The notes under the pieces were generated by a model. It made no database searches. It saw nothing but the letters and a program-made list of their open reading frames with translations, and was not told the origin of the DNA. A DNA stretch of 64,000 nt, from contig JBDHTQ010000004.1 in the NCBI GenBank assembly GCA_039808765.1, positions 4,642 to 68,641 on the forward strand. Direction: 5' to 3'. Of the stretch, positions 23,568-34,424 are shown piece by piece. The stretch comes from Bdellovibrionales bacterium. Lineage in GTDB: Bacteria > Pseudomonadota > Alphaproteobacteria > UBA2400. Both the position numbers and the translations under genes were made by a program. Position 1 is the stretch's first letter; each line of letters begins with the position of its first letter.

Positions 23568-26399
23568 TTGGAAGATGATACCCTCCATCCGTGCGGACGA
23601 GGGGGATTGTGGAGAATTGAAATGAGATTTTTTAATCATTTTAAAGCGCGCATACCATCTCTGGGGGGGCAAACGTTAAGATTTCTGTTTGCACCACAAT
23701 TATCTTCAGGTTTTGGCTCAGTCAAAAAAATTGCGGCTTGTTTTGTTTTTATGCTTGCGCAAGTGCTTGGTTCTGCACGTCTTTTGCCAAAATCGCATCG
23801 TTCTCTCAATCCCACCAGCTTGCGTGATGCCCGCTTGGGAGAAATTTTATCACTCGCTTATGTGAACGCCACCAAGCGGGAAACACGCCTTGATCAACGA
23901 TTGGTCTTTGGTGCGGTTTCTACGCTGATGGCGTTGACGGTGATGATGATCGTCAAGATTTTTGTCACTCTTTACATCGGTGTTAGCCACGCGATGACGT
24001 GGACGATTAATTTTAGTTGGGGTGGCTTAAGTTCTGCCGATATTGGTTCTGGTGTCCTGGATATCGGTTCGGGGATTTCTTTAGGCTCATGCTCAGGTCT
24101 AGGGGCATCCACCAATTTGTTTGCTGCGCCGTGCGGCGCGTCCGATATGGCGCAGCAGTGGCTGGCAATGTTTTTCTTGCCCAGTACGACTGTTAGTTGG
24201 AGTAATTCTGTAATGTCCTTGCCCGTTCGTGAAGGGCTATACAGCATGTTTGCATTATATAGCACGGCCATGTTGGTGGTTGCTGGGTTTTTGGTATTGT
24301 ATCATCTGATTACCATTGTGGCGGCGACCGCTCATGAAGGTAAGCTGGGCGGGCGCCAAATGAACCAAGTATGGGCACCAATCCGGCTTGTTTTTGCGAT
24401 TGGGTTGCTGGTTCCGCTAGGGATTGGTAATGGTTTTAATTCCGGGCAAATGATGGTGCTTTATATTACGCAGTGGGGTTCGGCTTTAGCGAGCAATGTG
24501 TGGGCTACGTTTGCGGATACGTTCTCCGACCAGACTGGGGCTTTTGTTATTGCGCCTCCCATGCCGTCAATGGCTCCGGTTTTGAAAGATGCGCTTAAGA
24601 TTCTTACCTGTCAGGCTGGATATAATGTTATGGGGGCAAAATCGGGTGGGTTTGAAGTTGTTATGTCTGAGTGGGTGGCAAATGGCCCTGTCGTAACCAA
24701 ATCTTGGACATATCAGGATGGCTCTGATCGGGAAGTTGGTGTGTGTGGTATCATGGAAATGGTCAACCCTGGTTTTGGCATAAGCGGCGGTAACCTTCTT
24801 TTTCTGAGCAGTGATGGGGCGCTGACAACATCTCAGCTTTTGCGCAAGCAAATAATCGAAGCGCACTTGGCTTTAATGGATGAGGCACTGCAGTCAGGAA
24901 CTGCTGTGGCTCCGACGTGTCAGGCGGATGGCACACCGACGGGCGGAAGCGTCATGGGGGGTGGAACGCTTTGGAGTTTGGCTAACAAATTCTATTGGTC
25001 GGCTAACGGTGGCGAGACGTGTTATCGATTGACAGTGAGTGACCTCAAAGAATTTGGTGATGCGGTTGATACCTATCGTAAAGGTTTAAATGATGCCGTT
25101 GTCGGGATTCTTACCGATGCAGAGGATGAAGCTGCGAACATGGCGGTAAGTGCCCATGAGCGCGGTTGGGTATCTGCAGGTGTTTGGTTTAACTCCATTG
25201 CGCGTATTAATGGTCTTTTGATTGATTTTACGCAAGAGGTTCCGGTTTTACGTCCTACATTAAAAGATCTTTTGGGTGGGGATTTTGCCGATAAAATCAC
25301 TTTGGCACGTCAAAATGTTGATGTCAGCATTGCAGGATTGTCGACCATGGTGGGGGGTAATTACATGAACTCGAGTGAAGCTGCATATGCAACGGCATTG
25401 GGGTCTGGTAGTGCTGGCAGCAGCATGATGGATGCTTATTTGAAAATTTTGGGTATTAATTTATCTTCTGTTGCGGGGGCAACGTCGGGAAGCGACAATG
25501 AGGTGAGCAGTGGAACGACGAGCTCACCGATATTCCGTCTAAATACAGCCAATCCTTTGGCTGAGCTATCAGCCCTCGGCCACCGCGTGATTGATCTGGC
25601 TGTTAAGACAACGCGCAGTCTGACGCAGTGTATGAACACGGCCAAATCGAATCCGGCACAAACAGGCGGCTCTGTTGGTGATCAGAGTGCTTGTAGTGGC
25701 ATCTCTTCGAGTGGTAACACAGGTGAAGGGCTGATTCTGTCAGCGGTGGTTGGTGCGCTTATTTCGGGGGGGGTTACGCTGGCGTTTATGTTGCCGCTCA
25801 TTCCGTTTATTCGCTTCATGTTTGGTATACTGACATGGATATTATCAATCTTTGAAGCAATTATTGCGGTTCCAATTGTTGCTATCGCTCATATTCGCAT
25901 TGATGGTGAAGGGTTGTCTGGACCTTTGGCACGCTCTGCATACATGTTGGTTTTGCAGGTTTTCTTACGTCCCGCCATGATGATTTTTGGGATGATTGTA
26001 GCTTTGCTTATCTTCAACCTGATTGTCATGGCGCTCAATGAATTTTATAGCCTTGCGGTTCAAGGGGTTGAAAACAGCGGTAAGCTGGGCGCGATCAGTG
26101 GCGTTATCTATACAGTCATGTATGCCGCGATGGCGTATGGGTTTGCCAATGCATCCTTTAAGGCCATTGATATGATCCCAAGTCGGGCATTACAGTGGAT
26201 TGGTGGTGGGCAGCAGGCCGGTATGGAGCAGGATATGTTTGTGGTCAATAATGCGGTTTCTCGTGTTGGTGCTGTTGGTCAAAGCTTGTACAGCCCCTAT
26301 GCGGCAATGAACAAAAATCAGGCTGCTGCAATGCATCATGTAGACAGTGCAAGGAGTGGCGCGGTTGCTCCGCGTACCCCGCCGAGTGGTGCGGTTTAA
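23568..26399 (+). CDS. Large polytopic membrane protein, paralogue of 4199-6181; putative DotA/TraY-like (or VirB6/TrbL-like) component, preceded by a 245 bp AT-rich region
   Basis: 943 aa (or about 925 aa from MRFFNHF at 23623). It shares blocks with the first copy: HEGKLGGRQMNQVWAPIRLVFAIGLLVPLGIGNG and LPLIPFIRFMFGILTWILSIFEAIIAVPIVAIAHIR. It has a longer central hydrophilic domain and a C-terminal transmembrane cluster. Confidence 0.4.
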   Translation: MEDDTLHPCGRGGLWRIEMRFFNHFKARIPSLGGQTLRFLFAPQLSSGFGSVKKIAACFVFMLAQVLGSARLLPKSHRSLNPTSLRDARLGEILSLAYVNATKRETRLDQRLVFGAVSTLMALTVMMIVKIFVTLYIGVSHAMTWTINFSWGGLSSADIGSGVLDIGSGISLGSCSGLGASTNLFAAPCGASDMAQQWLAMFFLPSTTVSWSNSVMSLPVREGLYSMFALYSTAMLVVAGFLVLYHLITIVAATAHEGKLGGRQMNQVWAPIRLVFAIGLLVPLGIGNGFNSGQMMVLYITQWGSALASNVWATFADTFSDQTGAFVIAPPMPSMAPVLKDALKILTCQAGYNVMGAKSGGFEVVMSEWVANGPVVTKSWTYQDGSDREVGVCGIMEMVNPGFGISGGNLLFLSSDGALTTSQLLRKQIIEAHLALMDEALQSGTAVAPTCQADGTPTGGSVMGGGTLWSLANKFYWSANGGETCYRLTVSDLKEFGDAVDTYRKGLNDAVVGILTDAEDEAANMAVSAHERGWVSAGVWFNSIARINGLLIDFTQEVPVLRPTLKDLLGGDFADKITLARQNVDVSIAGLSTMVGGNYMNSSEAAYATALGSGSAGSSMMDAYLKILGINLSSVAGATSGSDNEVSSGTTSSPIFRLNTANPLAELSALGHRVIDLAVKTTRSLTQCMNTAKSNPAQTGGSVGDQSACSGISSSGNTGEGLILSAVVGALISGGVTLAFMLPLIPFIRFMFGILTWILSIFEAIIAVPIVAIAHIRIDGEGLSGPLARSAYMLVLQVFLRPAMMIFGMIVALLIFNLIVMALNEFYSLAVQGVENSGKLGAISGVIYTVMYAAMAYGFANASFKAIDMIPSRALQWIGGGQQAGMEQDMFVVNNAVSRVGAVGQSLYSPYAAMNKNQAAAMHHVDSARSGAVAPRTPPSGAV

Positions 26400-26492
26400 C
26401 GTTGGTGGTGCGGGATGTTTGGCTCTTCAAAGTAAAGACATCCCGTGCTAATATGGGGAACAAGACGGCCTTTGTGCGGAAATGAGGTAAAG

Positions 26493-26906
26493 ATGGGATT
26501 TTATGATCGATATAATGCACCGCAACGTCCTTCGGCGCAACGGCCTGTGGACGATGCTCATCCCAAAAGAGGACGTGGTGTTTTTGGGTTGTTTTTTAAC
26601 CCGCAGATCGGCATGAGCCTTCGTCCTTTGCGTGAGACGGGACGCATGTTTACCCACATGATTGCGCTTATTTTGGCTCAAGCAAACCTGCTTGATTCTC
26701 GCCATCCCGCTGTAACCAATGTGGGGGGTGAGCGTTATGGTTTGTTTGAAATTTTGAATATCGCCTATCAACGGATTGAGTGGCGTCAAGAAAATGTTGT
26801 CCAATGTTCAGTTTTTGTGGCCATCCTTGGAAGTATTGTCCTGTGCGGTATGGCACTGGTTTTTGCCTTGTTTACGCTATTGTTCCACGCGGGCGTACAC
26901 CGCTAA
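26493..26906 (+). CDS. Hypothetical small membrane protein immediately downstream of the second DotA-like gene
   Basis: The protein starts MGFYDRYNAPQRP and ends with the hydrophobic segment VFVAILGSIVLCGMALVFALFTLLF. Same strand, about 90 bp gap. Confidence 0.35.
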   Translation: MGFYDRYNAPQRPSAQRPVDDAHPKRGRGVFGLFFNPQIGMSLRPLRETGRMFTHMIALILAQANLLDSRHPAVTNVGGERYGLFEILNIAYQRIEWRQENVVQCSVFVAILGSIVLCGMALVFALFTLLFHAGVHR

Positions 26907-26971
26907 TTTTTCTGGCACCATAAGTTAAGCAGATCAACAGAGTAGAACGGGAATAACCCTGTTGTTTCTGT

Positions 26972-28303
26972 TTATTGTCCTGCGATGGTCAGCGATTCAA
27001 CCAACAGTGATGGGCTGTCGATCTTGTGGCGGCGCTCCAAATCGGACGCGGGCGTAATACTGTGGAATATGTCATTGAGGTTTCCAGCAATAGTAAATCC
27101 TTGCACAGGGTAAGCGATTTGTCCGTTCTCAATCCAAAATCCGGCACCACCGCGGCTGATTTCCCCAGTGATATAATTGACGCTGCTTCCCAGCATATCC
27201 GTCAAAATCAGGCCGTTTTTAAGGCTTGAAATCATCTCGTCGATTGTATTTTTGCCTTCTTCAATCCAGACGTTGCTTACAGACGGCGATGGTGTAGACG
27301 ATGTTCCGCGTGCGGCATTGCCAGTTGAATTAAGACCTAATTGCCGGGCAGAGCTGAGATCAAGGAGCCACGATTGCAGCACACCTTCTTCGACCAGTTT
27401 TTTGCTTTGTGGCCGAATTCCTTCAGCATCGAACGGGCGCGAACCAATAGCGCGGCGAATAAAGGGATCTTCATAAACATTGATGGAGGGATGAAAAATT
27501 TCTTTCCCCATCTTGTCCATTAAAAATGACGATTTACGGGCAATAGCACTGCCGTTGATTAAGGCGCAAAACATGCTGAGAAAAGTGCGCGCTTCGCGTC
27601 GATCAATAATGACAGGCACTTTCTGTGATTTAAGCGTGCGTGGATTAAGCTGGCGTACTGTGTTTTCACCAGCAATACGGCCGATATCTTTTGCTGAGCG
27701 CAGGTCTTGACGGTGGGCTGCAACGTCCATCTCAAATTCGCTCACCATATTGGTGCCATCTCCTGCAATCGCAGTCGTATAGAGGTGATGGTATGTTTTG
27801 CTATACCGACCGAGAAACCCATGTGATGTTGCAAGGGTATAATCTGAGCGCTCCCAGCCACTACTGGCATTTTTTACTTTTTCCACGCCGTTGACTGCGA
27901 GGGCCGACTCTTCAAGTGCAAGTGAGCTTTCAATCATCGTGTTGGGGTTGGGTTCTGCGGGATCGCACAAATCAAGATCATCGACTTTTTCCGCAAGCTG
28001 AAAAGGCTCTGCCAAACCACAATAGGGATCATCGGGGCTATTGCGGGCAATATCCAGCACACGATCAATGACGGTGTCAAAGCCGTTTGGATCAAGATTG
28101 GTTGTAGAGATAATTCCTTGTTTTTGTCCGATAAAAACCCGTAATCCAATCTCGGTCGATTCACTGCGTTCAAGATTGCTGACCGTCCCTTTGAGGACAT
28201 CAGCAGAGAGGCCTGTAGAATGTGCGTAAAGAGCATCAGCTGATGTTGCGCCTTTTTTGAGTGCACGCTCAATGAGGTCAGGAAGGATGGTGTCGGTTGT
28301 CAT
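26972..28303 (-). CDS. TldD/PmbA-family metalloprotease
   Basis: 443 aa with TldD/PmbA family signatures (C-terminal GGAGFWIENG). Confidence 0.8.
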   Translation of the reverse strand: MTTDTILPDLIERALKKGATSADALYAHSTGLSADVLKGTVSNLERSESTEIGLRVFIGQKQGIISTTNLDPNGFDTVIDRVLDIARNSPDDPYCGLAEPFQLAEKVDDLDLCDPAEPNPNTMIESSLALEESALAVNGVEKVKNASSGWERSDYTLATSHGFLGRYSKTYHHLYTTAIAGDGTNMVSEFEMDVAAHRQDLRSAKDIGRIAGENTVRQLNPRTLKSQKVPVIIDRREARTFLSMFCALINGSAIARKSSFLMDKMGKEIFHPSINVYEDPFIRRAIGSRPFDAEGIRPQSKKLVEEGVLQSWLLDLSSARQLGLNSTGNAARGTSSTPSPSVSNVWIEEGKNTIDEMISSLKNGLILTDMLGSSVNYITGEISRGGAGFWIENGQIAYPVQGFTIAGNLNDIFHSITPASDLERRHKIDSPSLLVESLTIAGQ

Positions 28304-28378
28304 GTTCCTGTTCTAGTCGAAGCTGTAAACTTTGCCAAGAGCACAAAAAGCGACAAATAAGCCAGAGGAGAAGGTGAG

Positions 28379-29050
28379 TTATTCTGTGGGAAGCAGATAT
28401 TTCTGCAAAAAACTTCCTGCTGCGGAGAGACAGACCTCATCAATGCTATGTTCCATGTGAGGGCGTGAGACCGTCTCAACGGAAATGCTGTTTGTGAGGA
28501 GGGCTGCCTTGGCTTGTCCCATCATTGCAAAAGGCACAATCGGGTCTTTTTCACCATGACAGAGCAAAACAGGAGGGCGAGAGTGTGTTTCGCTTTGCAG
28601 CAGTTCCGGGCCAAAGACTGCGCCTGACATACTCACAACTGCACCCACACCGTCCTCCAAGCGGGGTGCTGTATAAAGAGACATCATTCCACCTTGAGAA
28701 AACCCAAAAAGAGCAATATTTTTTGAACGCAGACCGAATTCCTTTTTCACATCATCGATCATTTGACGAACAGCGGGATAAGCCTTTTGGATGCCGCTCA
28801 GGATGAAGTCAGGCTCTCGCGACTGCAGTGAGAACCACTGTCGACCAAAAGGCGCCATGTCAAAGGCGAAAGGGGCGTTAGGAGAGATAAACGCGGTATG
28901 CGGCAGTGCTTCCTGAAGGTAAGGCGCAAGTTCGATCAGGTCGTTTGCATCCGAACCGACACCATGCAAAAGTAAAATTGCTGATGCAATCTTGCTTCGT
29001 GGCATATGTCGTCGAGCGCCTTGCCAAAGATTTTGAGGTTCAAAGGTCAT
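28379..29050 (-). CDS. Alpha/beta-hydrolase (phospholipase/carboxylesterase family)
   Basis: LLLHGVGSDANDL is present, and the nucleophile elbow is GFSQGG. Confidence 0.75.
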   Translation of the reverse strand: MTFEPQNLWQGARRHMPRSKIASAILLLHGVGSDANDLIELAPYLQEALPHTAFISPNAPFAFDMAPFGRQWFSLQSREPDFILSGIQKAYPAVRQMIDDVKKEFGLRSKNIALFGFSQGGMMSLYTAPRLEDGVGAVVSMSGAVFGPELLQSETHSRPPVLLCHGEKDPIVPFAMMGQAKAALLTNSISVETVSRPHMEHSIDEVCLSAAGSFLQKYLLPTE

Positions 29051-29273
29051 CTGTTTTTCCTAAATTCATTCTGTGCAGCAGGAATGACGGGCCTTGGTAA
29101 TTTTGTAAAGGTTTTTTATCAGGGGTAAAAAGCGGTAATCAGGGGGGCTGGCTCAAAAAAGAGTCGTCTTTGTGATAAAACTGTTGACTCCGGCGCATCA
29201 AACAGTTAAATCCCCCCAACCAGCGATGACACACAGGGTGTCGGCAAAATTAACGTTTTTCAGGTGGTTTAAT

Positions 29274-29588
29274 ATGTTTGCAGTCATCCGCACCGGCGGA
29301 AAACAATATAAAGTCGCTGAAGGCGATGTCATTTACGTTGAAACACTTGAGGGCCAAAAAGGTGATGAGCTGACCTTAAATGAGGTTTTGGCTGTCGGTC
29401 AGGGCGGACAATTGACAATGGGGTCCCCTCTTGTTCAGGGCGCGAGTGTTACCGCGACCATTCTCGGACAAGACCGTGCTGAGAAGGTGATCATCTTCAA
29501 AAAGCGTCGTCGTCACAACTATCGTCGCAAAAAAGGTCACAAGCAGCACATTACAGTGTTGAAAGTTAAGAGCATTACAGCCGCTTAA
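29274..29588 (+). CDS. rplU: 50S ribosomal protein L21
   Basis: [23 protein letters not shown] is the canonical L21 start; the ORF track carries an N-terminal extension. Confidence 0.95.
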   Translation: MFAVIRTGGKQYKVAEGDVIYVETLEGQKGDELTLNEVLAVGQGGQLTMGSPLVQGASVTATILGQDRAEKVIIFKKRRRHNYRRKKGHKQHITVLKVKSITAA

Positions 29589-29599
29589 GGAGATCAGTT

Positions 29600-29866
29600 A
29601 TGGCACATAAGAAAGCCGGCGGGAGTACGCGAAACGGTCGTGAGTCAGAATCGAAACGCTTAGGCGTTAAGAAATATGGCGGGCAGGAAGTTATTGCAGG
29701 CAACATCATTATCCGTCAGCGTGGCACACCCGTTCGCGCCGGTAAAAATGTTGGTACGGGCAAAGATCATACCTTGTTTGCTAAAGCAGATGGTATCGTT
29801 CATTTCCATCGCACGACGGATGACAAAAAATATGTTTCCGTCTTGCCCTTTGAAGCCGCCGAATAA
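29600..29866 (+). CDS. rpmA: 50S ribosomal protein L27
   Basis: [29 protein letters not shown] is the canonical L27 sequence. Confidence 0.95.
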   Translation: MAHKKAGGSTRNGRESESKRLGVKKYGGQEVIAGNIIIRQRGTPVRAGKNVGTGKDHTLFAKADGIVHFHRTTDDKKYVSVLPFEAAE

Positions 29867-29888
29867 GCGCGCTTTTCTGAACAGGTTT

Positions 29889-29926
29889 AAACGGGGAAGC
29901 GGGTATGCCGTTTCCCCGTTTTTTGT
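29889..29926 (+). terminator. Rho-independent terminator after rpmA
   Basis: A stem aaacgggga...tccccgttt is followed by the T-run ttttgttg. Confidence 0.7.
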
Positions 29927-29961
29927 TGATTTTTTGGTGTCCGAGTCGTGAGAGGGCCTGA

Positions 29962-30966
<1,005 letters not shown>

Positions 30967-31101
30967 GTGAAAATCCCTTTACAATGAAGGCTGTAGCTAT
31001 AATGTCGCGCTTTGGATTTTTGTCGCTGGAGGGGCGCGACAGAGGACCTATCGCGTGCTAATTACAATGGGGTTCTTTCACGAGTAAGCGAGAAAACCGT
31101 T

Positions 31102-32331
31102 ATGATGTTAACCGAGAATGCCATTGAAGGATCAAAAAGCGGGATGCAGGCACAGAGTTCAAGCACAGCGAAGGGATTGAGCTTGCAAGGAGCAAGGAGA
31201 GTCGTGATTAAAGTCGGCTCTGCGCTTTTGGTTGAGGATGCCACGGGTACCATTCGTACTGATTGGATGGATAAATTCGCACAAGACATTTCTCGTTTGC
31301 GTAAATCAGGGGTTGAGGTGGCTATTGTCACGTCGGGGGCAATCTCCATCGGTCGCCGTCAATTGGGTTTGGTCGGGCGTGTTTTAAAACTTGAAGAAAA
31401 GCAGGCAGCGGCAGCTGCAGGGCAAATTCGTCTGGCGCAGTCGTGGCAAGAAGCGTTATCGCATCATGCATTATCTGTCGGTCAGATTTTGGTTACATTG
31501 GATGATACCGAGGGCCGCAAGCGTCACCTGAATGCCCGTGCGACCATCAATACGCTGATGCGTCTGGGCGTGATTCCTTTGATTAATGAAAACGATACGA
31601 TTGCAACCGATGAAATTCGTTTTGGTGACAATGATCGTCTGGCTGCACGTGTTTCGCAAATGATTTCAGCGGATACTTTGGTTCTTTTGTCAGATATTGA
31701 CGGCCTTTATACGGCCGATCCGCGCAAGAATAAAGATGCGCGCCTGATTCAGGTGGTGCATCATATTACGCCCGAGATCGAAGCTATGGCGGATAAACCA
31801 CCACCGGGTTTTTCATCGGGTGGCATGATCACAAAGATTCAGGCGGCACGCATCGCTCTGGCTGCAGGGTGTCGTATGGTGATCGCTTTTGGTCGGGTTG
31901 ATCATCCGCTGGCGGGGTTGATGAAATCAGTGGAAGAGGGTGGGGCCAATTGCACTTGGTTTTTATCCACAAAAACGCCACTTAATGCGCGTAAAAAATG
32001 GATTGCCAGCCATATTGAAACGCAAGGTGTGGTGGTGATTGATGATGGGGCTTCATCAGCTTTGCTCAAGGGGAAAAGCTTGTTGCCTGCTGGTGTGACG
32101 GCCATTGAAGGTGATTTTGATCGTGGCGATATTGTGCTGATTAAATCACAGGAAGGTCACCCGCTTGCGCGTGGTTTGGCGGCATACAGCAGTGCAGAAG
32201 CGCAACTGATTCGAGGGCATCACAGTGGTGAAATAGATGCTATTCTCGGTGATTTTGGCGGTCGTGATGTGATGGTGCACCGGGATGATCTTGTGCTGTT
32301 TAATACGCACGATATTTCTGAGGAAACATGA
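31102..32331 (+). CDS. proB: Glutamate 5-kinase
   Basis: VIKVGSALLVEDATG is present, together with a C-terminal PUA domain. The exact start Met is uncertain (31012, 31102 or later). Confidence 0.85.
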   Translation: MMLTENAIEGSKSGMQAQSSSTAKGLSLQGARRVVIKVGSALLVEDATGTIRTDWMDKFAQDISRLRKSGVEVAIVTSGAISIGRRQLGLVGRVLKLEEKQAAAAAGQIRLAQSWQEALSHHALSVGQILVTLDDTEGRKRHLNARATINTLMRLGVIPLINENDTIATDEIRFGDNDRLAARVSQMISADTLVLLSDIDGLYTADPRKNKDARLIQVVHHITPEIEAMADKPPPGFSSGGMITKIQAARIALAAGCRMVIAFGRVDHPLAGLMKSVEEGGANCTWFLSTKTPLNARKKWIASHIETQGVVVIDDGASSALLKGKSLLPAGVTAIEGDFDRGDIVLIKSQEGHPLARGLAAYSSAEAQLIRGHHSGEIDAILGDFGGRDVMVHRDDLVLFNTHDISEET

Positions 32332-33602
32332 CAGGCCCGCGCTCGGACGAGGTGAGCGTAGACGATGCATTTTTGCAAGCAGCAATAACAACACGTGCGG
32401 CTAAAGAGGGGGTGGCGCAGTGCACGCCAGCGATGCGCACGCACGCATTAACGGCGATGGTTGTTGCCCTGAAACGTCACGAAGATAAAATTCTTTCAGC
32501 GAATATTGAGGATGTGGCGGCGGCGAAAAATAAAAATTTATCTGCCGCGATGATTGATCGTCTTTACCTTGATCCGGCGCGCTTTAAGGCGATCTGTGAT
32601 GGGGTGAGTGCGATTGCCGCGCAACCTGATCCTGTGGGACGTATCTTGGCGTCTTGGCAGCGGCCAAATGGGTTAAAAATAGAGCGCATTGCGGTGCCTC
32701 TTGGTGTTGTTGGGATAATTTATGAATCTCGTCCAAACGTTACGGCAGATGCTTTGGCGTTATGTGTTCGTTCGGGCAACGCCTGTATCTTACGCAGTGG
32801 TTCCGATAGTCTCCATTCTTCAGAAGCAATTTTTACAGCGATGCAAGAGGGCTTGCGCGAATCTGGGCTACCAGAGGCGGCCTACTATTTTGTGCGCTCG
32901 GCTGATCGTGATTTTGTCGGGAAAATGCTCTCCGCACGCGGCGTAATAGATGTAATTGTGCCGCGTGGCGGAAAAAGTCTGGTCGAGCGTGTGCAGCAAG
33001 AAAGTCGCGTGCCGATTTTTGCTCACCTCGAGGGCAATAATCATGTTTACGTTCATGCCAGCGCCGATACTGACATGGCCGAAAAAATTCTCATTAATGC
33101 AAAATTGCGACGTACTTCTGTTTGTGGAGCAGCTGAAACGGTTTTGATCGATCATGCATTTCCCGCTGCGCAACAGCTTGTTCGGGCGCTGTTGGACGCT
33201 GGATGTGCGGTGCGGGGTGGTGCGGGCATGCAAGCGCTTGATGCGCGTGTCGTACCTGCTTCTGAAAGCGATTGGCAAACGGAATATCTGGATGCCATTA
33301 TTGCCGCGAAATTTGTTCACAATGTTGATGAGGCGATAGATCACATTCGTTGTTATGGTTCGGGTCATACCGAGGCAATTATCACTCAGGACGAAGCAGT
33401 GTCTGAAAAGTTTTTAAAACAAGTGGATAGTGCACTTGTATTGGTGAATGCCTCAACCCAATTTGCTGATGGTGGTGAGTTTGGTTTCGGCGGCGAATTA
33501 GGCATCGCCACCGGGCGGCTACATGCCCGCGGCCCTGTGGGCGCCGAGCAATTGACAACCTTTAAGTATTGTCTTCGCGGAAATGGGCAGATTCGCGCGT
33601 AA
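32328..33602 (+). CDS. proA: Gamma-glutamyl phosphate reductase
   Basis: Aldehyde dehydrogenase-like ProA signatures are present. It overlaps the proB stop by 4 bp. Confidence 0.9.
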   Translation: MTGPRSDEVSVDDAFLQAAITTRAAKEGVAQCTPAMRTHALTAMVVALKRHEDKILSANIEDVAAAKNKNLSAAMIDRLYLDPARFKAICDGVSAIAAQPDPVGRILASWQRPNGLKIERIAVPLGVVGIIYESRPNVTADALALCVRSGNACILRSGSDSLHSSEAIFTAMQEGLRESGLPEAAYYFVRSADRDFVGKMLSARGVIDVIVPRGGKSLVERVQQESRVPIFAHLEGNNHVYVHASADTDMAEKILINAKLRRTSVCGAAETVLIDHAFPAAQQLVRALLDAGCAVRGGAGMQALDARVVPASESDWQTEYLDAIIAAKFVHNVDEAIDHIRCYGSGHTEAIITQDEAVSEKFLKQVDSALVLVNASTQFADGGEFGFGGELGIATGRLHARGPVGAEQLTTFKYCLRGNGQIRA

Positions 33603-33644
33603 TGCGTTCATGCCTTGTTCGAACAAGGCGATGAACAGGGTTGT

Positions 33645-34298
33645 TTACGCCTTGGTATCCACTTTTTTACCGTCCCCTTCAGGGGCTTTCGCCGTGCCAA
33701 CAAAAGCGGGGCGCAGCAAGCGTTCTTGAATGGTGTAGCCTGTCTGCATTTCTTGCAAAATTGTGCCCGGCGGATGTTCGCTGCTCTCGACCTCAAACAT
33801 GACCTGATGAAAGTTTGGGTCAAAAGTTTTTCCAACTGTTTCAATCGTTTTGATGCCGAAGCGATCCATTGCGCTTAACAATTGCCGTTCGGTGGCTTCA
33901 ACGCCCGTTAGCAAGGCTTTTAGTGCCTCGTTCTGCTCACGATCGGTGTTTTTTACTGCGCTTAACGCACGGCGCAGATTGTCTGCTACGGGAAGCACCT
34001 CGCGGGCAAAATTGCTTACGGCAAATTTGCGTGTATCATCCATCTCGCGCTCGGTGCGACGGCGGGTGTTCTCTGCTTCTGCGAGCGAGCGCAACAGCTG
34101 ATCTTTCAGTTTTGTATTTTCTTCTTCAAGCACTGCCTCTCGGGAAGGCTGCGCTAGCGCTTCTTGTTCTGGTTGTGTCACTTGTTCGTCCACAGCATCA
34201 GCGGGTTTATGTGTCTGGGCGTGAGAGTGTGTGTGGTGTGGGTTGTTCATCGTCTTGTCCGAAGAAGAGGTGTCGCGTGATTTAAACATACTTCTCAT
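33645..34298 (-). CDS. grpE: Nucleotide exchange factor GrpE
   Basis: LLRSLAEAENTRRRTEREMDDTRKFAVSNFAREVLPVADNLRRAL is typical GrpE core sequence. Confidence 0.85.
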   Translation of the reverse strand: MRSMFKSRDTSSSDKTMNNPHHTHSHAQTHKPADAVDEQVTQPEQEALAQPSREAVLEEENTKLKDQLLRSLAEAENTRRRTEREMDDTRKFAVSNFAREVLPVADNLRRALSAVKNTDREQNEALKALLTGVEATERQLLSAMDRFGIKTIETVGKTFDPNFHQVMFEVESSEHPPGTILQEMQTGYTIQERLLRPAFVGTAKAPEGDGKKVDTKA

Positions 34299-34424
34299 GT
34301 GGCGGATTTGTTCTAAAATTGCAAGGGGGCAGCCTATTTTTCAACAATAAAAAATAGATGGTTCATTTTTAACATTTGCTTTTCGCTGCATGCAAGACCC
34401 AGAAAAAGCCTTAATGTTTATGAT

